DNA of 38,236 nt, from assembly GCA_001872995.1 (NCBI GenBank), contig MNXO01000026.1, positions 1-38,236 on the forward strand, written 5' to 3'. Positions 7,322-15,134 of the stretch are shown here, piece after piece (the stretch's first letter is position 1; each line of letters begins with the position of its first letter). Source of the stretch: Bacteroidetes bacterium CG2_30_32_10. GTDB lineage: Bacteria; Bacteroidota; Bacteroidia; Bacteroidales; CG2-30-32-10. The notes beneath the pieces were generated by a model, which saw only the letters and a list, made by a program, of their open reading frames with translations, was not told the DNA's origin and made no database searches. A program made the translations under genes and the position numbers.

Positions 7322-8911
7322 ATGAAAAAAACAGTAACAGTAAATATTAGTGGTATCATATTTCATATAGACGAAGATGCGTATGAAAAATTGTTAGATT
7401 ACATAGAAGAAATTCGAGGATACTTAACCTCTACCGAAGGCAATGAGGAAATCATTGCTGATATAGAAGCACGTATTGCGGAAATGCTTCAATTAAAAGT
7501 GTCAGATACCAAGCAGGTAATAAACATTGAGGATGTTGATGAAATTATTTCTTTAATGGGAGCACCTTCTCAATTTGGAACAGAACCAGATATGAATAAT
7601 AACAAAAAAAATCAAAGTCGTTATTCTGCAAAGCGTTTTTATAGAGACCCAGATAACAAAGTTATTGGTGGTGTTTGCTCGGGAATAGCACATTATTTCA
7701 ATATTGATTCTTTATGGATAAGAATAGCATTTGCTATAGCTTTATTTGTGTTTGGGTCAGGTGTGTTACTCTATCTTTTCTTATGGTTGATTACACCCGA
7801 AGCTAGAACAACTGCCGAAAAACTTGAAATGCGTGGCGAAGCTGTTAATATTTATAATATAGAAAAATCTGTTAAAGAAGAATTAACACAATTAAAAAAG
7901 CGTTTCAAAGGTTTAAAAAAAAAAGAATCGTTAAGTGCTGCGAATGATAGAAACAATAGTCAATACAATAATTTTTTTGAGCGAATAATTCAAATTTCCT
8001 TAACCCTATTAAAGCTCTTTGTAAGGTTTTTTGTAGTAATATTTGGTATTGTCCTTATATTTATCGGAATTTTTCTTTTAATTGGCTTTATGGGCTCAAT
8101 TATGAAAGGAGGAAACGTAATATCAATTAATAATATAGGCACAAGCAGTTTTTCATTTGCTTCTTTCCTTCAGTTAGTAGTAGATTCCCCTACACAAATA
8201 ACCTTGGTTACCATAGGATTGTTTTTATTGATAGGAATACCTTTAATAATGATTATTTATAATGGGGTTAAAATGATATTTGGCTTCAAAACAAGATTTA
8301 AAATAATTGGAATATCTGCATTTGCATTGTGGTTAACAGGTTTGATTTTTTGTGTATTTGTATTTGTAAAAGTTATCAGCGATTTTTCTACAAAAGTTGT
8401 TATTCCTAAAAAGTATAACATAACACAGTCATCAAAAAAGCCTTTTTATATTGATATTAATGTAAATGACTCCATTGAAAGCTATATGGAATATAATAAC
8501 GAATTTTTTAACAACAATTGGTTTATGATGAAACTGGGAGCCCAGAATTCAGGAATTGGTATTCCACTTATTACTATTACTAAAGGAGAATCGGATAGCA
8601 TTAAGTTATTAATATATTCAGAGGCAAGAGGTAGTAGCTTTAAACAAGCTACTATCAATGCGCAAAATATTAAATATAATTATACTAAAACAGACAGTAG
8701 TCTTATATTAAATCCATTTTTTACTGTTGATAAATATGATAAATGGCGAATGCAACGAGTTAGAATTTTGTTGAAAATTCCAGAAGGAGAAAAGGTGATT
8801 ATTAATAAACGCTTGTATTACTACATTAATAATAGCTTTGATGATAATATGTTTGGAAAGAGACTAATTATGCGTGAGGGCGATTTTATTGAAGAGCAAA
8901 ATAACAATTAG
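7322..8911 (+). CDS. PspC-domain membrane protein with a C-terminal beta-rich extracytoplasmic region
   Basis: PspC core RDPDNKVIGGVCSGIAHYFNIDSLWIRIAFAIALFVFGSGVLLYLFLWLITPEA, followed by about 4 further TM helices and a ~190-aa C-terminal region. Starts 35 nt downstream of padR. Confidence 0.85.
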   Translation: MKKTVTVNISGIIFHIDEDAYEKLLDYIEEIRGYLTSTEGNEEIIADIEARIAEMLQLKVSDTKQVINIEDVDEIISLMGAPSQFGTEPDMNNNKKNQSRYSAKRFYRDPDNKVIGGVCSGIAHYFNIDSLWIRIAFAIALFVFGSGVLLYLFLWLITPEARTTAEKLEMRGEAVNIYNIEKSVKEELTQLKKRFKGLKKKESLSAANDRNNSQYNNFFERIIQISLTLLKLFVRFFVVIFGIVLIFIGIFLLIGFMGSIMKGGNVISINNIGTSSFSFASFLQLVVDSPTQITLVTIGLFLLIGIPLIMIIYNGVKMIFGFKTRFKIIGISAFALWLTGLIFCVFVFVKVISDFSTKVVIPKKYNITQSSKKPFYIDINVNDSIESYMEYNNEFFNNNWFMMKLGAQNSGIGIPLITITKGESDSIKLLIYSEARGSSFKQATINAQNIKYNYTKTDSSLILNPFFTVDKYDKWRMQRVRILLKIPEGEKVIINKRLYYYINNSFDDNMFGKRLIMREGDFIEEQNNN

Positions 8912-8950
8912 CAATTAGAAATTAACAATTAGAAATTAACAATTAACAAT
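8903..8950. repeat. short tandem repeat, 14-bp unit CAATTAGAAATTAA x2 plus partial copies
   Basis: 8912..8925 and 8926..8939 are identical. Partial CAATTA(G/A) copies begin at 8905 and 8940. The repeat overlaps the pspC stop codon (TAG 8909..8911). Confidence 0.6.
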
Positions 8951-8963
8951 CAATGTCGTTTAG

Positions 8964-9047
8964 TTAAGGCTGAAAGCCTTAAAATCAATAGCACAGGGCA
9001 ACGTCCTGTGTCATAAAATACCAAAGTTAATTTCGCCCTTTAAGGGC
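8964..9047. repeat. cluster of three short GC-enriched hairpins (REP-like element or 3-prime UTR structure)
   Basis: HP1 is TTAAGGCT-gaa-AGCCTTAA (8964..8982). HP2 is CACAGG(GC)-aac-(GT)CCTGTG (8992..9010). HP3 is GCCCTT-t-AAGGGC (9035..9047). ATTTCGCC is repeated directly at 9030..9037 and 9053..9060. The cluster is much more GC-rich than the other spacers in the window. Confidence 0.45.
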
Positions 9048-9077
9048 ATAAGATTTCGCCATTTTAGAAGTCCCGAT

Positions 9078-9109
9078 AAAAAAAAGGAGCAAATTTTGCT
9101 CCTTTTTTT
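9078..9109. terminator. bidirectional rho-independent terminator between convergent pspC and the biotin-carrier gene
   Basis: An A8 tract (9078..9085), the stem GGAGCAA (9086..9092) / TTGCTCC (9096..9102), then a T7 tract (9103..9109). It therefore reads as stem plus U-tract on both strands. Confidence 0.8.
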
Positions 9110-9110
9110 G

Positions 9111-9497
9111 TTATTGAAGTTCAATAAGCAATTGACTTTTAACTACTTTGTCATTTTTATTGACCAAAACTTGTTTTATTTTACCATCAAAAGGGGAAAG
9201 GATTTCGTTTTTCATTTTCATGGCTTCTAAAACGAGCAATTTTTCTCCCATTTTAACTAAATCGTTTTTTTTAACACAAATTTCCTCAATATTGCCAGGC
9301 ATAAAAGCCAATAACATTTTTGGATTTTTAATTATGTATGGCTTTCTTTTAAGGTATTTAGCAGAAAGGGTAGTTCTATATTCAGTATTATCAATTATAA
9401 AAATAGATTCTCCTTCTTTTAAAGCAGGTTTTTCGCTTTGAACTGCTTTGGTTTTAGTTTCTTTTTTTTCTACTTTTTCTATTTTTTCTTTTCTCAT
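9111..9497 (-). CDS. biotin carboxyl carrier / biotinyl-domain protein
   Basis: 128 aa. The C-terminal biotinyl domain has the LVLEAMKMKNEI (EAMKM) biotinylation motif, and the N-terminal linker is K/E-rich. Confidence 0.85.
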   Translation of the reverse strand: MRKEKIEKVEKKETKTKAVQSEKPALKEGESIFIIDNTEYRTTLSAKYLKRKPYIIKNPKMLLAFMPGNIEEICVKKNDLVKMGEKLLVLEAMKMKNEILSPFDGKIKQVLVNKNDKVVKSQLLIELQ

Positions 9498-9578
9498 TGT
9501 AAGTATTTATTATTATTAAGAATAAATAATTTTTCAGTTAAAAATGTGTTTAACAGAAAGTGTAAAATGGAAAATATA

Positions 9579-11126
9579 TCAAAATGGAGGAATTCCGTGT
9601 TTTTTGTGCGGAATCATCACATTTTTATGAGTAGAAATCTCCAATGCATGAATTAAGAAGTGTCTTGTATCTTCAGGAGCAATAACTGCATCAACATAGC
9701 CATTAGCAGCTGCTACATAAGGATTGGCAAACTTCTCTTTGTATTCGGCAACCTTTTGTTTGCGCATTTCTTCGGGGTTTTCGGCATTTTTAATTTCATT
9801 TCTGAAAATGATATTAGCAGCACCTTCAGGACCCATCACCGCTATTTCGGCAGTAGGCCATGCAAAAACAAAATCGGCACGCAAATGGCGAGAACACATA
9901 GCAATATAACCACCACCATAGGCTTTTCTGAGAATTATAGTTATTTTAGGAACTGATGCTTCTGAATAAGCGTAAAGCATTTTTGCACCATGTCTTATTA
10001 CTCCAGCATGTTCCTGATCAACACCTGGTAAATATCCTGGTAAATCAACTAAAGTTACCAATGGAATACTAAAAGCATCGCAATAACGAATAAAACGAGC
10101 TGCTTTGTCAGATGAATCTACATCAAGAACTCCAGCAAGAACAAGAGGTTGATTGGCAACAAAACCAATAGTTTCGCCTTTTAAACGACCAAATCCGATG
10201 ATAATATTAGGAGCAAACAATTCCTGAACTTCAAAAAAGTCAGAATCATCACTAATGGCTTTAATTATATTTCTAACATCATAAGGTTGTTTTGGGTCGG
10301 TAGGGAAAAATTTATTAATATTATAAAGTTTAGATTTTGGAGGTTTAGTAGGAAAAGCTTCCGCTTTTTTTGCATTGTTCCAAGGAATGAAAGATACTAG
10401 TCTTTTTATTTGTTCGAAGCATTCCAATTCATTCAAAGCGTAAAAATGTGCATTTCCTGTTATTTCGGAGTGAACTCTGGCACCACCCAATTCTTCCATA
10501 GAAATTTGTTCTCCAAGCACTGATTTGATAACTTCAGGTCCTGTAATGAACATTTTTGATATGTTTTCTACCACAAAAACAAAGTCAGTTAAAGCAGGAG
10601 AATATACTGCTCCACCAGCACAAGGACCTAATATTACAGATATTTGTGGAATTACACCAGATGATTGCGTGTTTCTAAAGAAAATTTCTCCATAACCAGC
10701 AAGCGAATTAACGCCCTCTTGAATACGAGCTCCACCAGAATCGTTAATTCCAATTAATGGGATTTGAAGTTTCATGGCATGATCCATAATTTTGGTGATT
10801 TTACGGGCATGCATCAGTCCTAACGAACCTCCTGCAACAGTAAAATCTTGAGCAAAAATACAAACAGGATGACCGCTTATAGAGCCTGTTCCTGTAACAA
10901 CACCATCGCCAGGAAGATGTTTTTTATCCATATCAAAGTCTTTGCCTGTATGCTCTACAAAAAGATCATATTCGTGAAAAGAACCTTCATCCACCAAGGC
11001 TATGATTCTTTCGCGCGCAGTCATTTTACCCATAGCAACCTGCTTTTCAATGGCTTTGACTCCTCCTCCAAGCAATGCTTCTTGCATTCTTTTTTTTAGT
11101 TCGTTTGTTTTTTGTTTTAATGACAT
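9579..11126 (-). CDS. acyl-CoA carboxyltransferase (methylmalonyl-CoA decarboxylase alpha / propionyl-CoA carboxylase beta family)
   Basis: 515 aa. Typical N-terminus GGGVKAIEKQVAMGKMTARERIIALVDEGSF, motif INDSGGARIQEGVNSLAGYG, and a second half with RKAYGGGYIAM. Confidence 0.93.
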   Translation of the reverse strand: MSLKQKTNELKKRMQEALLGGGVKAIEKQVAMGKMTARERIIALVDEGSFHEYDLFVEHTGKDFDMDKKHLPGDGVVTGTGSISGHPVCIFAQDFTVAGGSLGLMHARKITKIMDHAMKLQIPLIGINDSGGARIQEGVNSLAGYGEIFFRNTQSSGVIPQISVILGPCAGGAVYSPALTDFVFVVENISKMFITGPEVIKSVLGEQISMEELGGARVHSEITGNAHFYALNELECFEQIKRLVSFIPWNNAKKAEAFPTKPPKSKLYNINKFFPTDPKQPYDVRNIIKAISDDSDFFEVQELFAPNIIIGFGRLKGETIGFVANQPLVLAGVLDVDSSDKAARFIRYCDAFSIPLVTLVDLPGYLPGVDQEHAGVIRHGAKMLYAYSEASVPKITIILRKAYGGGYIAMCSRHLRADFVFAWPTAEIAVMGPEGAANIIFRNEIKNAENPEEMRKQKVAEYKEKFANPYVAAANGYVDAVIAPEDTRHFLIHALEISTHKNVMIPHKKHGIPPF

Positions 11127-11308
11127 ACTTTAATAATTTGATTATTAATTAATTACAATATTTTTTTGTTAAAAATTAAGCCACAAAAAGCACAAAGTAA
11201 AACAAAAATATTTGTATAAAAAATAAAAATAGTATTAATCTTTTATTTGCTTTTTATAAAGCGTATCTTTTTATTAATAAAAATAAAGATAGTTTCAAAT
11301 AAAACAAC

Positions 11309-11316
11309 TAATTTTG
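11309..11316 (+). promoter_or_regulatory. candidate -7 promoter box (TAATTTTG) for rsgA
   Basis: Matches TAnnTTTG and lies 31 nt upstream of the GTG start at 11347. Confidence 0.4.
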
Positions 11317-11346
11317 ACTGATAATTAAGAATTTTTACTGCATTTT

Positions 11347-12279
11347 GTGAGAGGAACAATAATAAAATCAACGGGTAGCTTGTATTATGTTTTAGATGAA
11401 CATAACCAACAATTTGTTTGCAAATTAAAAGGTAATTTCAAGATAAAAGGCATTAAAAGCACCAATCCAATTGCTGTTGGTGATAAAGTTGAATTTGAAT
11501 TATTTCCAGAACAAAATATTGGACAGATATACAAGATTGAAGAACGCCAAAACTACATCATTCGTAAGGCAACCAAACTTTCTAAGCAATCGCATATTAT
11601 TGCAGCTAACATTGATCAGCTTGTATTAATTGTAACACTCGCAAATCCCAGAACTTCTACTGGTTTTATTGACCGATTTCTTGTAACAGCAGAGGCTTAT
11701 CATATCCCCACTTCAATTGTAATAAACAAAATAGACTTATATAGTGAAGTGGTGGAAAGAAAAATAAATGACTTAATTGATATTTATGAATTAATTGGAT
11801 ATAAATGTTATAAGGTGTCTGCTTTTAATGGAATAGGTACAGATACATTTAAGCAATTACTTAAAGGAAAGGTTAGTTTATTAGCTGGACATTCAGGAGT
11901 TGGTAAATCAACACTTATTAAAGCTATTGAACCTTCTTTTAATTTAAAAACAAAAGAAATTTCATCTTCGCACTCAAAAGGAGTTCATACTACTACATTT
12001 GCTGAAATGCTATTATTATCAAATGGAGGTTTTATTATTGATACGCCTGGTATCAAAGAGTTTGGAATCGTTGATTTTAATAAAAATGACCTTTCACAAC
12101 GTTTTCCTGAAATGCGTAAGTTGATGCAACTTTGCCAGTTTAATAATTGTACACACACCCATGAACCTAAATGTGCGGTTAAAATTGCATTAGATGAAGG
12201 GAAAATTAGTGCTTCAAGATATACTAATTACTTAAATATGCTCAACAATGTTGAAACAGAAGAAGAGGAGTGGGAGTAG
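11347..12279 (+). CDS. rsgA: ribosome small-subunit-dependent GTPase A
   Basis: Circularly permuted GTPase motifs NKIDL, GHSGVGKST and DTPG. Zinc cluster CQFNNCTHTHEPKCAV. GTG start (gtg at 11347..11349). Confidence 0.92.
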   Translation: MRGTIIKSTGSLYYVLDEHNQQFVCKLKGNFKIKGIKSTNPIAVGDKVEFELFPEQNIGQIYKIEERQNYIIRKATKLSKQSHIIAANIDQLVLIVTLANPRTSTGFIDRFLVTAEAYHIPTSIVINKIDLYSEVVERKINDLIDIYELIGYKCYKVSAFNGIGTDTFKQLLKGKVSLLAGHSGVGKSTLIKAIEPSFNLKTKEISSSHSKGVHTTTFAEMLLLSNGGFIIDTPGIKEFGIVDFNKNDLSQRFPEMRKLMQLCQFNNCTHTHEPKCAVKIALDEGKISASRYTNYLNMLNNVETEEEEWE

Positions 12280-12323
12280 ATTAAATTTATTAATAATATT
12301 GATTTAATAAAAAAGTAATAGCT

Positions 12324-12779
12324 ATGAGGGTCGTTATTCAACGAGTATTAAAAGCCAATGTACTTATTGATAGTTCAATTAAGGCAAAAATAAATATTGG
12401 ATTGCTTGTATTGCTTGGTATAGAGGAAGCTGACAGCGAAGAAGATGCTATTTGGTTGTCCAAAAAAATTGTTCAACTTAGAATATTCAATGATAATAGC
12501 AATTTAATGAATTTATCGATTCAGGAAATAAATGGGGATATAATTGTGGTAAGTCAATTTACTTTGCACGCTTTAACTAAAAAGGGAAATCGTCCATCTT
12601 TTATTCGTGCAGCCAAACCTAATAAAGCAAATATATTATATGAATACTTTGTTCATCAATTAGAAAATGAGTTAGGTAAAAAAATTCAAACTGGGGAATT
12701 TGGTGCTGATATGAAAGTTGAATTGATAAACGATGGACCTGTAACAATTATAATGGACACAAAGAATAAAGATTATTAA
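12324..12779 (+). CDS. dtd: D-aminoacyl-tRNA deacylase
   Basis: 151 aa. Begins MRVVIQRV, with VVSQFTL, GNRPSF and the C-terminal NDGPVT. Confidence 0.93.
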   Translation: MRVVIQRVLKANVLIDSSIKAKINIGLLVLLGIEEADSEEDAIWLSKKIVQLRIFNDNSNLMNLSIQEINGDIIVVSQFTLHALTKKGNRPSFIRAAKPNKANILYEYFVHQLENELGKKIQTGEFGADMKVELINDGPVTIIMDTKNKDY

Positions 12780-12863
12780 GAGTCCCTAAATAAGCTATGA
12801 TATAGATTAATAATAAATTTAATTCACTCTCGACAGCATTTAATTAATGTAACTAATTAAAAT

Positions 12864-13196
12864 ATGACTATAGAAGAAGCACAACAAACGGTTGATAGTT
12901 GGATAAAGACAAATGGCGTAAGATATTTTAATGAGCTTACCAATATGGCTATTTTAACAGAAGAAGTAGGGGAAGTTGCCAGAATAATAGCAAGAAAATA
13001 TGGAGAACAATCGTATAAAACATCGGATAATTCTTTTAATCTTGAGGATGAAATTGCTGATGTTTTGTTTGTTCTTATTTGTATCGCTAATCAAACAGGA
13101 ATAAATTTAACTGAAGCCTTTAACAGTAATTTAGAAAAGAAAACTAAAAGAGATTCTTTGAGACACAAAGAAAACAAAAAGTTAAATGGTTCTTAA
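12864..13196 (+). CDS. MazG-like nucleotide pyrophosphohydrolase (small single-domain type)
   Basis: 110 aa. Metal-binding helices LTEEVGEVARI and EDEIADVLFVLICIAN are typical of all-alpha NTP pyrophosphohydrolases. Confidence 0.85.
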   Translation: MTIEEAQQTVDSWIKTNGVRYFNELTNMAILTEEVGEVARIIARKYGEQSYKTSDNSFNLEDEIADVLFVLICIANQTGINLTEAFNSNLEKKTKRDSLRHKENKKLNGS

Positions 13197-14110
13197 TCTG
13201 ATAAAGAATAGACTTTTCCTTCTTCGGCAAGCAAGGTGTTATCAAAAACTGTTTTTGTTTCTATTAATAAAGGAGATAAATCGTTGTAACGGGCAGAGAA
13301 ATGACCGATAATAAGCTGTTTAACATTAGCTTTTGATGCAATAGTAGCTGCTTCAACGGTGGTAGAGTGAAATTTTTCTTTAGCCATTGTTGCCATATCG
13401 TTCATAAAAGTTGCTTCATGGTATAACAAATCCACATTTTTTATATATTGCACAATTGATTCATCAAAAATGGTGTCGGAACAATAAGCATAAGAAAGGG
13501 GAAGCACATTTTCTTTTGTTATAATGGCGTTTTTCAATAACCTGCCATCTTCAGTAGTAAAATCTGCCCCATTTTTAATTTGTTTTATTGCTTCGATTGG
13601 TATATTTTCTTTATTTAAAACCTCTTTGTTGATGTTTTTTTCTTTATGGGTTGATATAAATAAAAAACCACAAGTTGGGATGCGATGAATCATTGGGAAA
13701 CTAAATGTTTCCACATTTTTATTTTCAAACAATAAATCTAACTTTTCATAATTTAAGAAATGGAAGCAAATTTGATAATTAAGATGAATATCAGACGCTT
13801 TAATTTGAATATCAATCACTTCTTGAAGAAGAGGCGATGAGTATATATGAATGTCATTTGTTCTGCCCAAAATACTCATTGTTGAGAGCAAACCTATCAG
13901 TCCAAGGTAATGATCACCGTGTAGATGGCTAATAAATATGTGGTTTATTCGTTGTAGTTTGATTTTATTACGTCTAAGTTGAATTTGAGTTCCTTCCCCA
14001 CAGTCAATAAGAAAAATAGTTTCATTAATATTTAAAACTTGAGAGCTGGGATGTCTTTCAGCCGTTGGAGTAGCTGAACTACAGCCAAGTATTGTGAGTT
14101 GGAATTTCAT
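13193..14110 (-). CDS. rnz: ribonuclease Z (metallo-beta-lactamase fold)
   Basis: 305 aa. N-terminus LTILGCSSATPTAERHPSSQVLNI, motif HLHGDH, and C-terminal IIGHFSARY. Confidence 0.9.
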   Translation of the reverse strand: MKFQLTILGCSSATPTAERHPSSQVLNINETIFLIDCGEGTQIQLRRNKIKLQRINHIFISHLHGDHYLGLIGLLSTMSILGRTNDIHIYSSPLLQEVIDIQIKASDIHLNYQICFHFLNYEKLDLLFENKNVETFSFPMIHRIPTCGFLFISTHKEKNINKEVLNKENIPIEAIKQIKNGADFTTEDGRLLKNAIITKENVLPLSYAYCSDTIFDESIVQYIKNVDLLYHEATFMNDMATMAKEKFHSTTVEAATIASKANVKQLIIGHFSARYNDLSPLLIETKTVFDNTLLAEEGKVYSLSD

Positions 14111-14141
14111 GTATGAGAAGAAAAGAATTAAGAAGGGGAAA

Positions 14142-15014
14142 TTATTTTTTTAAAACTTCGAGCATTTTTTTGCCAATGTCTGCAGGAGAATCCACTACAA
14201 AAATGCCACAATCTCTTAGAATTTGTTTTTTTGCTTCTGCGGTATCGCTTTTCCCACCAATAATTGCGCCAGCATGTCCCATGGTACGACCTTTTGGTGC
14301 AGTTGCTCCTGCTATAAAACTTACCACTGGTTTGTTGCCATTTTCTTTAATCCAATAAGCAGCATTAGCTTCCATATCACCACCAATTTCACCAATCATC
14401 ACAATACCTTCTGTGTCTGAATCATTCATAAATAAATGAACTGCATCTTTAATAGAAGTTCCAATAATAGGATCGCCACCAATACCAATGCCAGTAGATT
14501 GTCCAAGCCCGACTTTTGTAATTTGGTCAACAGCTTCATAAGCCAAGGTACCAGAACGAGAAACTATACCAATTGTTCCTGGTTTATGAATGAAGCCAGG
14601 CATAATACCAATTTTAGCTTCGCTTGGAGTAATAATGCCTGGACAATTTGGTCCAATTAATCTACAATTTCTTTTTGATAAGTAATCTTTGACGATAACC
14701 ATATCTTTAGTAGGGATGCCTTCTGTGATACAAACGACAAGATTAATTCCTGCTTCAGCGGCTTCCATTATTGCATCGGCAGCAAAAGCTGGTGGGACAA
14801 AAATTAAGGAAACGTTTGCCTTAGTTTTGATTACTGCATCGGCAACAGTGTTGAAAACAGGCAAATCAAGGTGAATTGTTCCGCCTTTTCCGGGGGTAAC
14901 ACCACCTACAACATTAGTTCCATATTCTATCATTTGTGAGGCATGAAATGAACCCTCAGCACCAGTAAACCCTTGCACAATTACTTTGGATTGTTTGTTA
15001 ACCAATATACTCAT
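14142..15014 (-). CDS. sucD: succinate--CoA ligase subunit alpha
   Basis: 290 aa. Has [14 protein letters not shown] and SRSGTLAYE, plus the phosphohistidine loop [12 protein letters not shown]. Confidence 0.95.
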   Translation of the reverse strand: MSILVNKQSKVIVQGFTGAEGSFHASQMIEYGTNVVGGVTPGKGGTIHLDLPVFNTVADAVIKTKANVSLIFVPPAFAADAIMEAAEAGINLVVCITEGIPTKDMVIVKDYLSKRNCRLIGPNCPGIITPSEAKIGIMPGFIHKPGTIGIVSRSGTLAYEAVDQITKVGLGQSTGIGIGGDPIIGTSIKDAVHLFMNDSDTEGIVMIGEIGGDMEANAAYWIKENGNKPVVSFIAGATAPKGRTMGHAGAIIGGKSDTAEAKKQILRDCGIFVVDSPADIGKKMLEVLKK

Positions 15015-15039
15015 ATTATAAATATTTGTTAAAGATTTT

Positions 15040-15047
15040 CAAAGGTA
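15040..15047 (-). promoter_or_regulatory. candidate -7 promoter box (TACCTTTG) for sucD-rnz
   Basis: The reverse complement of caaaggta matches TAnnTTTG. It lies 26 nt upstream of the sucD ATG at 15014. Confidence 0.4.
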
Positions 15048-15083
15048 ATTGATTGGAATAATATTTAAAAAATAAATTTAATT

Positions 15084-15117
15084 AAAAAAAACCCTTTCAA
15101 ATTTTTGAAAGGGTTTT
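15084..15117 (-). terminator. rho-independent terminator downstream of secDF
   Basis: A 10-bp stem, ACCCTTTCAA (15091..15100) / TTGAAAGGGT (15105..15114), with a 4-nt loop. The flanking A-run 15084..15091 gives a U-tract on the minus strand. Confidence 0.75.
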
Positions 15118-15134
15118 GAATTTGATATAAAAAA

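Noticed and set aside
9148-11099. Plus-strand ORFs 9148..9441, 9438..9656, 9660..9956, 9724..9909 and 10848..11099
   Set aside because: All are antisense to, or bridge, the biotin-carrier and carboxyltransferase genes, both of which have unambiguous motifs. Their products are low complexity.
11347-13196. rsgA-dtd-MazG-like gene string as a candidate novel system (MazG domains occur in some phage-defence contexts)
   Set aside because: All three are small housekeeping-type genes. From memory, a dtd plus small-MazG adjacency is common in Bacteroidota. No nuclease, ATPase or other defence-type partner is present.
14113-14874. Plus-strand ORFs 14113..14358, 14223..14420, 14436..14660 and 14689..14874
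   Set aside because: They are antisense shadows of sucD, whose product is collinear with succinyl-CoA synthetase alpha throughout.
14142-15014. sucD without an adjacent sucC as an anomaly
   Set aside because: From memory, separation of sucC and sucD is common in Bacteroidota. There is nothing unusual in the sucD sequence itself.
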